The translations under genes and the position numbers were made by a program. The notes below the pieces were generated by a model that saw only the letters and a program-made list of their open reading frames with translations, was not told the DNA's origin and made no database searches. From an uncultured Chloroflexia bacterium (GTDB lineage Bacteria; Chloroflexota; Limnocylindria; Limnocylindrales; CSP1-4): 64,000 nt of DNA. Positions 9,936 through 18,960 of this stretch are shown here, piece by piece (within the stretch, counting starts at the first letter, position 1; each line of letters starts with the position of its first letter). Location: the NCBI GenBank assembly GCA_963698505.1, contig CAVORC010000052.1, positions 4,294 to 68,293 on the forward strand, given 5' to 3'.

Positions 9936-11339
9936 CTAGTAGCCGACGTCCTCGATCTCCTGATCGATCTGCATGGCGATGTTGTCCAGCGTGGACTGGA
10001 CATCAGCGCCTGCCACGATGTCCGCGAGCGCCTCCGAGAAGCGGTCACGGATGAACAGGTAGGCGGCCGTCGCCGGTCGCGCCACAGACCCGTTGGGCAT
10101 CGCCTGCGGGTCGGACATCGCGTTGGCCAGGTAATCGATATACAGGGCTCGCCCTGCGCCCGGCTCGAAGCCGGGGAAGTCGGTCAGGTCGGGCGTCGGC
10201 GGAACCGCGCCATAGCCGTTCACGAAGCGCAGCACCGACTCGGGGCTGGTGGCGTAGTCGATGAACGCCCAGGCCGCGTCGAGGTCGACCTCGTCGCCGC
10301 TGTTGGGGATGCCGTCAGCACCGCTCGAGACAGCCCAGTTCCATGAACCCATGGCCCCCTTGCTACCCGTGCCGAAGTCCGGCAGCGGCAGGAGGATGAG
10401 GTCGTCTCCGAGGTTCTCGTCGTAGAGCGTGAACATCCAGTGACCCACCCACGAGAGCGGCGTCTCGTCGCCGGTGTTGGGCACGCCGTCTGGACCGACG
10501 GTGAAGTTGTTGTCGTCCTCGGCGATGAGGTCGATCAGGCCATCGTTGACCCACGTCTGGAACTGGGTCATGGCGCCCACGGACTCGGGGCCGTTGAGCA
10601 CGCCGCTGGAGGTCTTCATGGTGGAGCGGTCGATGAGGTCACCACCGGCCGACTGGATGATCGGCGCGAAGCCGTAGGCACGCCATTCGCCGGCACCGTA
10701 GTGCCACTTGATGTCAAGCGGACCGTTGGCGCCGTAGCCGGCCGCCTGGAGGTCGCGCAGGACCTGGTCGAACTCCTCGACCGTCCAGGCATCGTCGATG
10801 CCGGTGGGGATGCGCGCGCCGACGTCTTCGAGCATGGACTTGTGGGCCCAGATGCCCATGCCGGACTCGAAGCTGCCCAGCGAGTAGAGCTCGTCGTTGT
10901 AGGTCCCCTGCTCGATGATCGAGTTCAGGAAGTAGCCCAGCTTCTCCTCATCGGCACAGCTGGTGATGGGGCGCAGCAGGCCATTGAAGGCGAAGGGGTA
11001 GAGCGTCGGGCCGTCCATGTCCACGAGGTCCGGCATCTCGCCGGCCGCCGCAGCGCTGGTGATGGCCGTCTCATACGCCGTCTCACCGATGGGGATGACG
11101 TCGACGGTCACACCCAGCTCGGCGCCCGGCCCTGCATTGAAGGCCTCGACGGTCGCCATCTCTGCACCCGGGTTGGAGCCCGTGTGCATCGTCATCTGCA
11201 AGGTCAACGGGCCGTCGATGACGCCGTCGCAGACGTTGGGGTCGCCCTGAGCCGCCACCGGGGTGACGGTGAAGGCGGCGCCGACCAGTGCGCCCGTGGC
11301 GAGCAGTGCCACTCGGCGGCTGGTTCTGGAGTGGGTCAT
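9936..11339 (-). CDS. extracellular sugar-binding protein of the ABC transporter
   Basis: ATG at 11339 lies inside the 917-aa composite ORF. The signal peptide is MTHSRTSRRVALLATGALVGAAFTVTPVAAQG. Length (467 aa) and composition fit a family-1 solute-binding protein. Confidence 0.85.
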   Translation of the reverse strand: MTHSRTSRRVALLATGALVGAAFTVTPVAAQGDPNVCDGVIDGPLTLQMTMHTGSNPGAEMATVEAFNAGPGAELGVTVDVIPIGETAYETAITSAAAAGEMPDLVDMDGPTLYPFAFNGLLRPITSCADEEKLGYFLNSIIEQGTYNDELYSLGSFESGMGIWAHKSMLEDVGARIPTGIDDAWTVEEFDQVLRDLQAAGYGANGPLDIKWHYGAGEWRAYGFAPIIQSAGGDLIDRSTMKTSSGVLNGPESVGAMTQFQTWVNDGLIDLIAEDDNNFTVGPDGVPNTGDETPLSWVGHWMFTLYDENLGDDLILLPLPDFGTGSKGAMGSWNWAVSSGADGIPNSGDEVDLDAAWAFIDYATSPESVLRFVNGYGAVPPTPDLTDFPGFEPGAGRALYIDYLANAMSDPQAMPNGSVARPATAAYLFIRDRFSEALADIVAGADVQSTLDNIAMQIDQEIEDVGY

Positions 11340-11394
11340 ATCCTTCCTCCTTGCCCCGTGCAAACCATCCGTGATCGCCGCGGGGCGCTCGCGA

Positions 11395-12439
11395 TCACGA
11401 CGTCCCCCGCTTGGGACGGGGCGGCACTCCCGCCCCGTTGCGGGGCGGTGCGACCGAGTCGCGGACCACCAGCGGACACTCCATCCGCTGTTGGCGTGAT
11501 CCCTCGACCGCACCGCTGAGGACACGAAGTAGGTGCTCGACCGCCCAGCGGCCCATGGCTTCATGGGGCAGCTGCATGGTGGTGAGCGGCGGATCGAGCC
11601 AGGGAGCGATCTGGTCCTGGTTATCGAATCCGATGACGGAGACATCGTCGGGAACCGAGAGACCGGCACGGCGGATGGCGCGATAGGCGCCCATGGCCAT
11701 GCGGTCGGTGAAACACTGGATGGCGGTGGGCGGTGCCTGCAGCCGAAACAGGCGCTCAGCGGCGGTGGCTCCGCCGAAGGGATCGTTCCTGTCCACCACG
11801 ACGAGCTCGTCGTCGAAGGGGATGCCGTGTTCGCTCGAGTGCCCGCTGGTAGCCGGCGAAGCGCTCGGAGTCGGCGGGGTAGGTGTTGGCCTCGCGCAGG
11901 TAGCCGATGCGCCGGTGGCCGTGCTCGATGAGATAGCTGGTGGCGGTGTAGCCGCCCAGCTCGTCGTCGGGCACGACCCACGAGTCGGTGGGGTCCTCGG
12001 ATCGCGCGTCGAGCAGGACGCAGTTGACTTCCTTGAGCGCCTTGGGTGGCTCCACGACCTGGTGCCACATCGTGGCGTAGATGATCGCGTCCACCTGGCG
12101 ATCGAACATCGAGTCGATGGCCCGCGCCTCGACCTCGGGGTCCCGCTCCGTGTTCACGATCATGAGCGTCTTGCCGGCCGCCGCAGCCACCTGGTCGGCG
12201 CCGTAGATCATGTCGCCGGCGAAGGCGGTGGAGGCGATGACGTCGGAGATGAAGCCGATGGTGTCGCTGGTCTGGGCCCGCAGGTTGCGGGCGATGGTGT
12301 TGGCGCGGTAGCCCAGGGCACGGCTGGCCTCGAAGACGCGCTCCTTGGTGACGTCGGGGATGGAGCTGCCGGCCTTGCCGCTGAGGACCAGGGATACGGT
12401 CGTGGTCGAGACGCCGGCCGACGCCGCCACATCGGACAT
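11395..12439 (-). pseudogene. LacI-family transcriptional regulator, one frame change near 11832-11836
   Basis: The HTH MSDVAASAGVSTTTVSLVLSG...RVFEASRALGYRANTIARNLR and a periplasmic-binding-fold core run up to ...FAGYQRALE. The C-terminal half (HGIPFDDELVVVDRNDPFGG...VIGFDNQD...) lies in the frame of ORF 11395..11799. Confidence 0.8.
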
Positions 12440-12644
12440 GCGCGCCCGCCGGCGCCGGCGATGGCTCCCCGCCGGTCGAGTGGCGGCGTCCGCAGCGTCG
12501 TTCCCCACCGAGACCGATCGGTCCTGGGTCAACGTCCTCTCCTCCCGACGATCGAGCGTCGCGGCGCCGTCCCCGGCTGCGCGACTGCCTTGGTGCCGCC
12601 CTCCCTGGCGACCCCAAGTCCGACTCAATCGTTTCAGTAAATCG

Positions 12645-12674
12645 ATACTGCGCTGCTCTGCCGGGGTTTGTCAA
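12645..12674 (-). promoter_or_regulatory. candidate sigma70-type promoter for the LacI gene
   Basis: On the minus strand, TTGACA (12674-12669) is followed by an 18-nt spacer and CAGTAT (12650-12645), about 200 nt upstream of the lacI ATG. It sits in the only locally AT-richer patch. A direct repeat CGATT-N8-CGATT follows immediately downstream. Confidence 0.3.
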
Positions 12675-12778
12675 GCGGTTCGCCTCCATCGCAGGGCCGC
12701 GCGTGGAGGGCGGGGGACCGGTGCCCGGATGGCTACGAGCGCGGACGCGCGCGGCGTGACGGCGCTGTCACGCGATGC

Positions 12779-14134
12779 TCAGCTGAGCGTGACGCGGTCG
12801 CGGCCCATCTGCTTCGAGGCGTACAGCGCGTTGTCCGCCGCCTCGACCAGTTCGGTGGCGGAGGCTGCGTCGCGCGACGGATAGGTGACAGCACCGATGC
12901 TGGCGGTCACCGTCACACGGCGGTCGCCGTCCATCACCTCGGTCGCGGCGATGGCACGACGGATCCGCTCCGCCACGTCAAGGACGTCGGCATCAGACGC
13001 GCCTGGCACGACGACCAGGAACTCCTCTCCCCCGTAGCGCATGAGGACGTCACCCTCTCGGCAGACGCGACGGATGGAGGCCGCCGTGGCACGCAGGATG
13101 CGGTCGCCGACGAGGTGCCCGTAGGTGTCGTTGACGCTCTTGAAATGGTCGAGGTCGATCATCAGGACGCCCAGAGGACTCGACACGCGCAGGGCACGCC
13201 CGAACTCCTCCTGCAGCCTGACCAGTCCGAAGCGCCGGTTGTAGGCGTCGGTGAGCGGATCGAGGGCAGCCAGCCGTTCCAGGCGGTGGTGTGAGAGGGC
13301 GTTGCTGAGCGCCAGCCCCAGGTCCGTGGCGAAGTGCCCGATCAGCAGCTCCGTGGAGGGCGAGAACTGGTCGACCGAGGCGAGCACCAGCGCGCCGAGC
13401 GGGACGTCCTTGAAGCTCAGCGGCACGATGACGACCTCGCGTGCGGTCTGCTCCAGGAGCACGCTGTCCACGACCACCTGCTCGATCGCGACATCGAGCC
13501 GACGCATCTGTCGCGACCGCAGCGCTGCCGTTACCTGGGCGTTGGCGGCGACCCGTTCCGGGTCACTGATGCCGACCGAGGCCAGGGGCTTCAGGCCCTG
13601 CTCGTGCTCCACCAGCAGCAGCCCCGCCGTGGCACTGGTGTCCTTGAGGATGGTGGCCAGCGATTCGCGCGCCAGCGAGTCCAGGTCGAGATGGCTGGCG
13701 ACGACCTGGGTGAAGCCGCGGGTGGCACCCTCGATGGCGTGTGAGCGGGCGAGTGTCCCGATGAGTGCGTTGAAGGCCACGGCGCTCTTGCCGATCTCGT
13801 CCTCTGAATCGACCGGCAGCGCGCAGTCGAGCGGGTTGCAACCGCTCCAGTCACCGGACCTGGTGGCGGCGACCAGCTGCCGCTGGACGCGCGCCATGTG
13901 CGTGGTCAGCTGCTTGAGACGCGTCCCCACCACGCCGTGTGCGAGCGCGAAATTCGCAGCACCGACCAGCAGGCCGGCCAGCAGTGTGGTGGCGAAGAAG
14001 GACGGGCTGATGACCGCTTCCTGGGGCAGGCCCAGGACGACACAGAACGGGGGAAAGAGCAGACCGACGAACAAGCCGAAGCCGGCCATCCAGATGGCCA
14101 GGTCGGTGAAGACCCGGTTCGTGAGGCGAGGCAT
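12779..14134 (-). CDS. membrane-anchored HAMP/GAF-GGDEF diguanylate cyclase
   Basis: ATG at 14134. There are two N-terminal TM helices. The C-terminal GGDEF domain has an intact A-site (RYGGEEF) and an I-site REGD five residues upstream. Confidence 0.85.
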   Translation of the reverse strand: MPRLTNRVFTDLAIWMAGFGLFVGLLFPPFCVVLGLPQEAVISPSFFATTLLAGLLVGAANFALAHGVVGTRLKQLTTHMARVQRQLVAATRSGDWSGCNPLDCALPVDSEDEIGKSAVAFNALIGTLARSHAIEGATRGFTQVVASHLDLDSLARESLATILKDTSATAGLLLVEHEQGLKPLASVGISDPERVAANAQVTAALRSRQMRRLDVAIEQVVVDSVLLEQTAREVVIVPLSFKDVPLGALVLASVDQFSPSTELLIGHFATDLGLALSNALSHHRLERLAALDPLTDAYNRRFGLVRLQEEFGRALRVSSPLGVLMIDLDHFKSVNDTYGHLVGDRILRATAASIRRVCREGDVLMRYGGEEFLVVVPGASDADVLDVAERIRRAIAATEVMDGDRRVTVTASIGAVTYPSRDAASATELVEAADNALYASKQMGRDRVTLS

Positions 14135-14272
14135 AGAGCAGGCTCCAGGGCAAGTCACACGACCGCCGTGGTCCGGCGATCGTGGACGACACTGCACTGC
14201 ACCGGGCCCGGGCAGACATCACCTGATAGTCGCTGCCCCCGAAACCCGATGGGTTACCCCCCGGCCGGCGGG

Positions 14273-15205
14273 CTACTCCAGGCCCATCTCCTCGCGGGTG
14301 GGCGGCTCGGCCCCTGGACGAGTGCAGTTGATGGCAGCCGCACGGGCGGCGAAGCCGACGCTGTCCTCCAGCAGGTGCGGATCGGCCAGCTCGCGTCGGC
14401 CGAAGCCGTGTTCGAGCCAATGTGCCAGGAAGGCACCCCCGAAGGTGTCACCCGCGCCAACGGTATCGACCACCCTGACCGTCGGGACCGGCACGCTGAA
14501 CTCGCCGCCGGCGCAGAAACCGCGCGCCGCGTCGCGCCCCTGCGTCACGAGCACGGCACCCACACCCTGCTCCAGCAGCAGGCGAGCCGTCGCCTCCGGC
14601 GTCGCGGCGAGCGCCAGGTAGGCGAAGTCCTCGTCGCTGCCCTTGACCACGTCTGCCCGCGCCAGCACCCGCCGCATGCGCGACTGATAGCGCTCGAAGT
14701 CGGGCGTCGCGGTGGGCCGGCAGTTGGGGTCCACCATCACGAACGTCTCTGCCGGCACCTCCTCGACCAGCGAGGCGAGCGAATCGGCGATCGGCTCGAG
14801 CGCCAGGCCAAGGGTGCCCACGTGCAGCGCGTCGGGCGCCGGCTCCAGGCCACGGCGGGCGTCGGCCAGCTCCAGGCCGGGCACGGTGGTGCGTTCGACG
14901 TACCAGTGGTAGTGGGCCACACCGGCAGCATCGATCTCCGCCGACACCAGCGTGGTGGGATCGGTCGTATCGACGACCAGCTCCATCCCCACGCCGTCGT
15001 CCGCCAGGCGGGTACGGAGCAGCGTGCCGAACCAGTCGTCGCTCATGCGGCCGAGGAACTGCACGTCGCCGCCGAGGCGAGCGACGGCACGTGCGGCGTT
15101 GTACTGACCGCCACCGGCGGCCGGTGTCAGGCTGCCGTCCAGCCCGATGATCAGGTCGATGAGCGCCTCACCGGCGATGACGACCCTGGGCCGACCGTCA
15201 GACAT
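14273..15205 (-). CDS. PfkB-family carbohydrate kinase (fructokinase-like)
   Basis: Starts MSDGRPRVVIAGEALIDL. The C-terminal ATP/anion-hole motif is DTVGAGDTFGGAF. Length 310 aa. Confidence 0.85.
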   Translation of the reverse strand: MSDGRPRVVIAGEALIDLIIGLDGSLTPAAGGGQYNAARAVARLGGDVQFLGRMSDDWFGTLLRTRLADDGVGMELVVDTTDPTTLVSAEIDAAGVAHYHWYVERTTVPGLELADARRGLEPAPDALHVGTLGLALEPIADSLASLVEEVPAETFVMVDPNCRPTATPDFERYQSRMRRVLARADVVKGSDEDFAYLALAATPEATARLLLEQGVGAVLVTQGRDAARGFCAGGEFSVPVPTVRVVDTVGAGDTFGGAFLAHWLEHGFGRRELADPHLLEDSVGFAARAAAINCTRPGAEPPTREEMGLE

Positions 15206-15398
15206 ATCCCCGTCTCCCGCTTTCCCGCTGCGCTGCCATGGCGCACATCGAGGCAAGTGTACGGGTCAGGCGAGGGCGCAGCCGGCCCTGGTCCGTCCAT
15301 TGACACGCGTCCGTGAGGCCCAGTGTCCCCCTGGCGGACCATCTGTGAGCGCCTTCATGTTGCCGTGGTAGGCAACCATCTCGCAGCCGAAGGAGACC

Positions 15399-15818
15399 GT
15401 GGTGACCGAGATCCCCAAGCTGAAGATGCTGAGCGACTCGGACTTCGTCATCGCCGATCCGGCGGAGGATGTACGCGGCCGCAAGGTCCTCGACGACGCC
15501 GGCGAGGAGGTGGGCCATGTGCGCGACCTGGTGGTCGACACCGAGTCAGCCAAGGTCCGGTTCCTGCAGATCGCCGCTGGCGGCTTCCTTGGTCTCGGCG
15601 AAGAGACCTTCCTTGTCCCGGTCGACGCCGTGACCGGCGTCGAGACGGATGAGATCTGGATCGACCGAAGCCGCGAGCGCATGCGCGACGTGCCGCGCTA
15701 TCAGCCGGAGCTGGCGGACGCACCGTCCTACTACCAGGACGTCTACGGCTGGTGGGACTACTCCCCCTACTGGATGGGCGGCTATGTCCCGAGCGGGTTC
15801 CCCTTCGGGCCCCCCTGA
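15399..15818 (+). CDS. PRC-barrel domain protein
   Basis: GTG start(s) at 15399/15402 follow AGGAG. The sequence VRGRKVLDDAGEEVGHVRDLVVDTESAKVRFLQIA...FLVPVDAV is the PRC-barrel pattern. The tail is aromatic/Gly-rich (YYQDVYGWWDYSPYWMGGYVPSGFPFGPP). Confidence 0.75.
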   Translation: MVTEIPKLKMLSDSDFVIADPAEDVRGRKVLDDAGEEVGHVRDLVVDTESAKVRFLQIAAGGFLGLGEETFLVPVDAVTGVETDEIWIDRSRERMRDVPRYQPELADAPSYYQDVYGWWDYSPYWMGGYVPSGFPFGPP

Positions 15819-15842
15819 CGCCCGACGTGCTCCGCTGGCGTC

Positions 15843-16456
15843 CTACCAGCCCTCCCCTTTGAGATACTCGGCCATCGCCCGCGCTGCCTGCCCGCGATGC
15901 GACAGCGCATGCTTCTCCTGCGCACTCATCTGGCCGACGGTACGCGCTCCGGGCGCCTCCGACGCGGGCTCGAAGATGGGGTCGTAGCCGAAGCCTCCGC
16001 TGCCTCGTGGCCCGTCCGCGATGCGGCCCTCGAAGGCGCCGGAGCGCAGGACCGGCGCACCATCGGAGGTCGGGTCGATGAACGCCAGCACGCACTGGTA
16101 GCGGGCGCCCCGCCGCTCCGGTGGCAGCCCCTCGAGCTCGCCCAGCAGCTTGGCGTTGTTCTCCTCGTCGGTCGGGTCGTCACCGGCGTAGCGCCGGGTG
16201 AAGACGCCGGGTCGGCCGTCGAGCGCGTCCACCTCCAGGCCCGAGTCGTCGGCCAGCGTGGGCAGCCCGGAGCGCTCTGCGTAGTAGCGCGCCTTGAGCT
16301 CGGCGTTGCCCGCGAACGTGGCGGCGTCCTCCACCGGCTCACCCTCGATGCCGACCTCGTCGGGCGTGACCAGCACGACGTCGTCGAGATCGAGCAGCTC
16401 CGCAGCTCGGCGACCTTGTGGCGGGCACGCGTGGCCAGCAGCAGTCGCCGGGTCAT
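15843..16456 (-). pseudogene. rdgB: non-canonical purine NTP pyrophosphatase RdgB/HAM1, one frame change near 16395-16400
   Basis: [19 protein letters not shown] lies in one frame. [16 protein letters not shown]...[18 protein letters not shown]...[11 protein letters not shown]...[15 protein letters not shown] lies in another. The span (614 nt) is not a multiple of 3. Its ATG overlaps the rph stop (ATGA). Confidence 0.8.
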
Positions 16457-17201
16457 CCGGCCGCCTTCGCCGCTTCGCCCGTGAGCACGGCCTCCTGGAT
16501 GCTCGAAGAGCGTCTTGAGCCCACCGTCGGCGAGCGTCGAGCAGCTGCGTCCATCTGGGCGCGGTCGAAGGGCTTGCCCTCCGCGGTGCCCTGCAGCTCG
16601 ACGTAGGTGCCGGCGTCGGTGCCGATGACGTTGAAGTCCACCTCGGCGGTCGAGTCCTCGCGGTACTCCAGGTCCAGCAGCGCCGCGTCCTCGACGATGC
16701 CCACGCTGATGGCCGCGATCTTGCCGGTGATGGCACGCTCCAGGTTGACCTTGCGCAGCGCCAGCACGAGCGCGATGTAGCCACCGGTGATCGACGCACA
16801 GCGGGTGCCGCCGTCGGCCTGCAGCACGTCGCAGTCGATGACCACGGTCTTCTCGCCCATGACCGAGGTGTCCACGACGCCGCGCAGCGAACGACCGACC
16901 AGGCGCTGGATCTCGTAGGTGCGCCCGCCCAGCTTGCCGCGTACCGATTCGCGCTGCATGCGCTCCGAGGTGGCGCGCCGGAAGCATGGCGTACTCGGCG
17001 GTGACCCAGCCGGTGCCCTTGCCGCGCAGGTGCGGCGGGACGCGATCCTCGACCGTGGCCGAGCAGATGACGTGGGTGTCGCCCTGCTTGTAGATGAGCG
17101 AGGCCGCCGCCCACTTCTGCACGTTCATCTCGATGGACACCGGCCGCATCTGGCCCGGTGTTCGTCCATCGGCGCGGAAGCGCGCCTCCAGCGATGCTCA
17201 T
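16453..17201 (-). pseudogene. rph: ribonuclease PH, several frame changes (about 17175, 16980, 16545 and 16501)
   Basis: The pieces are MSIAGGA.., [44 protein letters not shown]...[40 protein letters not shown]...[20 protein letters not shown], and the C-terminal helix [11 protein letters not shown]. They lie in different frames. The ATG overlaps the mazG stop (ATGA). Confidence 0.8.
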
Positions 17202-18381
17202 CGACTCTCCTTCTCGATCGTCTCTTCTCGTTTGGCCAGCTGCCACAGGTCGTCGAGCGCGTCGAGTCCGAGTGCCTTCAGCTGCATCCCCTGCTCGTCC
17301 GCCAGCCGCTCCACGCGCGCGAAGCGCGAGGCGAACTTGCGACTGGCTGACCGTAGCGCGGCTTCAGGATCGATGCCGAGCTTGCGGCCCATGTTGACCA
17401 GGACGAACAGCAGGTCGCCGTACTCCTCGCGCCGATCCTCGTCGTTGGTGGCGGCGAGGAGCTCCGAGGCTTCCTCGGCGATCTTGTCGATGACGCCCTC
17501 CAGGTCCGGCCAGTCGTAGCCCAGGCTGGCGGCGCGGCCCTGCATCTCGTCGGCATAGGCGAGCGCCGGCAGCGACCTGGACAGGCCCTTGAAGGCGGCC
17601 GGCATCTCCGGGTCACGCACCTTGGCGGCGCCGTTGGCGGCCCGCTCGTCGGCCTTGATCTGCTCCCAGTTGCGCATGACCTCGGCGGGCGTGTCCGCCT
17701 GCACGTCGCCGAAGACATGGGGGTGGCGGCTGATGATCTTGGCGGTGATGCCGCGCTGCACGTCGGAGAGGTCGAAGATGCCGGCCTCGGCCGCGTACTG
17801 CGCGTGGAGCACGATCTGCAGCAGCAGGTCGCCCAGCTCCTCGGCCAGGTCGGGCGTGGCGCCGGCATCCAGCGCGTCGTAGACCTCGTAGGTCTCCTCC
17901 AGCAGGAACGGCTTCAGGCTGCGGTGGTCCTGCTCGCGGTCCCAGGGACAGCCGTCGGGCTGCCGCAGCCGGTGGGCCAGCCAGGCCAGGCCGAAGGCAC
18001 CGGCAGGGTTGGCCGCGGGCTCGAGCGCCGGCAGCAGGTGCGCCTCGGCGGCAAGCGCGTCGTCACGCACCTCCCCCACGGTCGAATCGGCGGCCGCGCC
18101 CAGCACGGGGTGGGACGCGGGGTAGAAGCGACGCAGCAGCGCCAGCGGGTCGGCCCCGTGACCGTGACGTCCGGGCAGCAGCGCGAAGGCGTCCTCCGCG
18201 CCGGGCGGTCGGCGCCGTCCGGCTCCGCGCCGAGCGGCGGCAGCAGGAGCAGAGCCATGCCGGGGTCGAACGGGCGTGCCACCAGGCGGTCCAGCGCGAT
18301 GACCTGCAGTCCCTCGGCCGGCTCGACGCCGGCACGCTCGAGGAGCGCTGCCACGGTGGGGTCGAACAGGCGGAGAGACAT
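17198..18381 (-). pseudogene. mazG: MazG nucleoside triphosphate pyrophosphohydrolase with an N-terminal extension, one frame change near 18195-18215
   Basis: The tandem MazG core shows CPWDREQDHRSLKPFLLEETYEVYDAL and a second EEASELL...EYGDLLFVLVNMGRKLGIDPE. The N-terminal about 110 aa (MSLRLFDPTVAALLERAGVEP...) are in the frame of ORF 17914..18381. Confidence 0.8.
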
Positions 18382-18399
18382 CGGTCGTCGGGCGTCCGC

Positions 18400-18960
18400 C
18401 TAGGCCGGCGCCAGGATGCCTCGCGACTCGAGGTACTCGAGCACCAGCTGGGCGTTCGCCTGCGGCGTGGTGTCGGTCGTCTGCAGCGTCAGCTCGGGGT
18501 CCAGCGGTGGCTCGTAGGGATCGGACACGCCGGTGAACTCCTTGACCTCGCCGGTGCGCGCCCGGGCGTACCAGCCCTTGACGTCACGCGCCTCCACGAC
18601 CTCGAGCGGCGTGTCCACGAAGACCTCGACGAAGTCGTCGCCGACCATGGCGCGCACCTCGGCGCGGGTGTCACGGTAGGGACTCACCAGCGCCGCCACC
18701 ACCAGGCCGCCGTGGCGCACGACCTCGCTGGCCACGTAGCCCACGCGGCGGACGTTGGTGTCACGGTCCTCGCGCGAGAAGCCCAGCTCCCGGGTGAGAT
18801 GGGTGCGCACGACATCGCCGTCGAGCACCGTCACGGTCCGCCCGCGCGCCTCGAGGAGCGGCACCAGCGCCTCCGCCGTGGTGGACTTGCCCGAACCCGA
18901 GAGGCCGGTGAACCAGACGCAGGCGCCGCGCGGCGTGACCACGGGCTCCCGACTACTCAT
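18400..18960 (-). CDS. cysC: adenylylsulfate (APS) kinase
   Basis: 186-aa ORF with the P-loop FTGLSGSGKST and the motifs LDGDVVR and GFSREDRDTNVRRVGYVA characteristic of CysC. Confidence 0.9.
   Translation of the reverse strand: MSSREPVVTPRGACVWFTGLSGSGKSTTAEALVPLLEARGRTVTVLDGDVVRTHLTRELGFSREDRDTNVRRVGYVASEVVRHGGLVVAALVSPYRDTRAEVRAMVGDDFVEVFVDTPLEVVEARDVKGWYARARTGEVKEFTGVSDPYEPPLDPELTLQTTDTTPQANAQLVLEYLESRGILAPA

Noticed and set aside
11340-12689. The N-terminal 450 codons of the 917-aa minus-strand ORF 9936..12689.
   Set aside because: This is an out-of-frame read-through across the LacI gene region. The binding protein begins at ATG 11339 with its own signal peptide.
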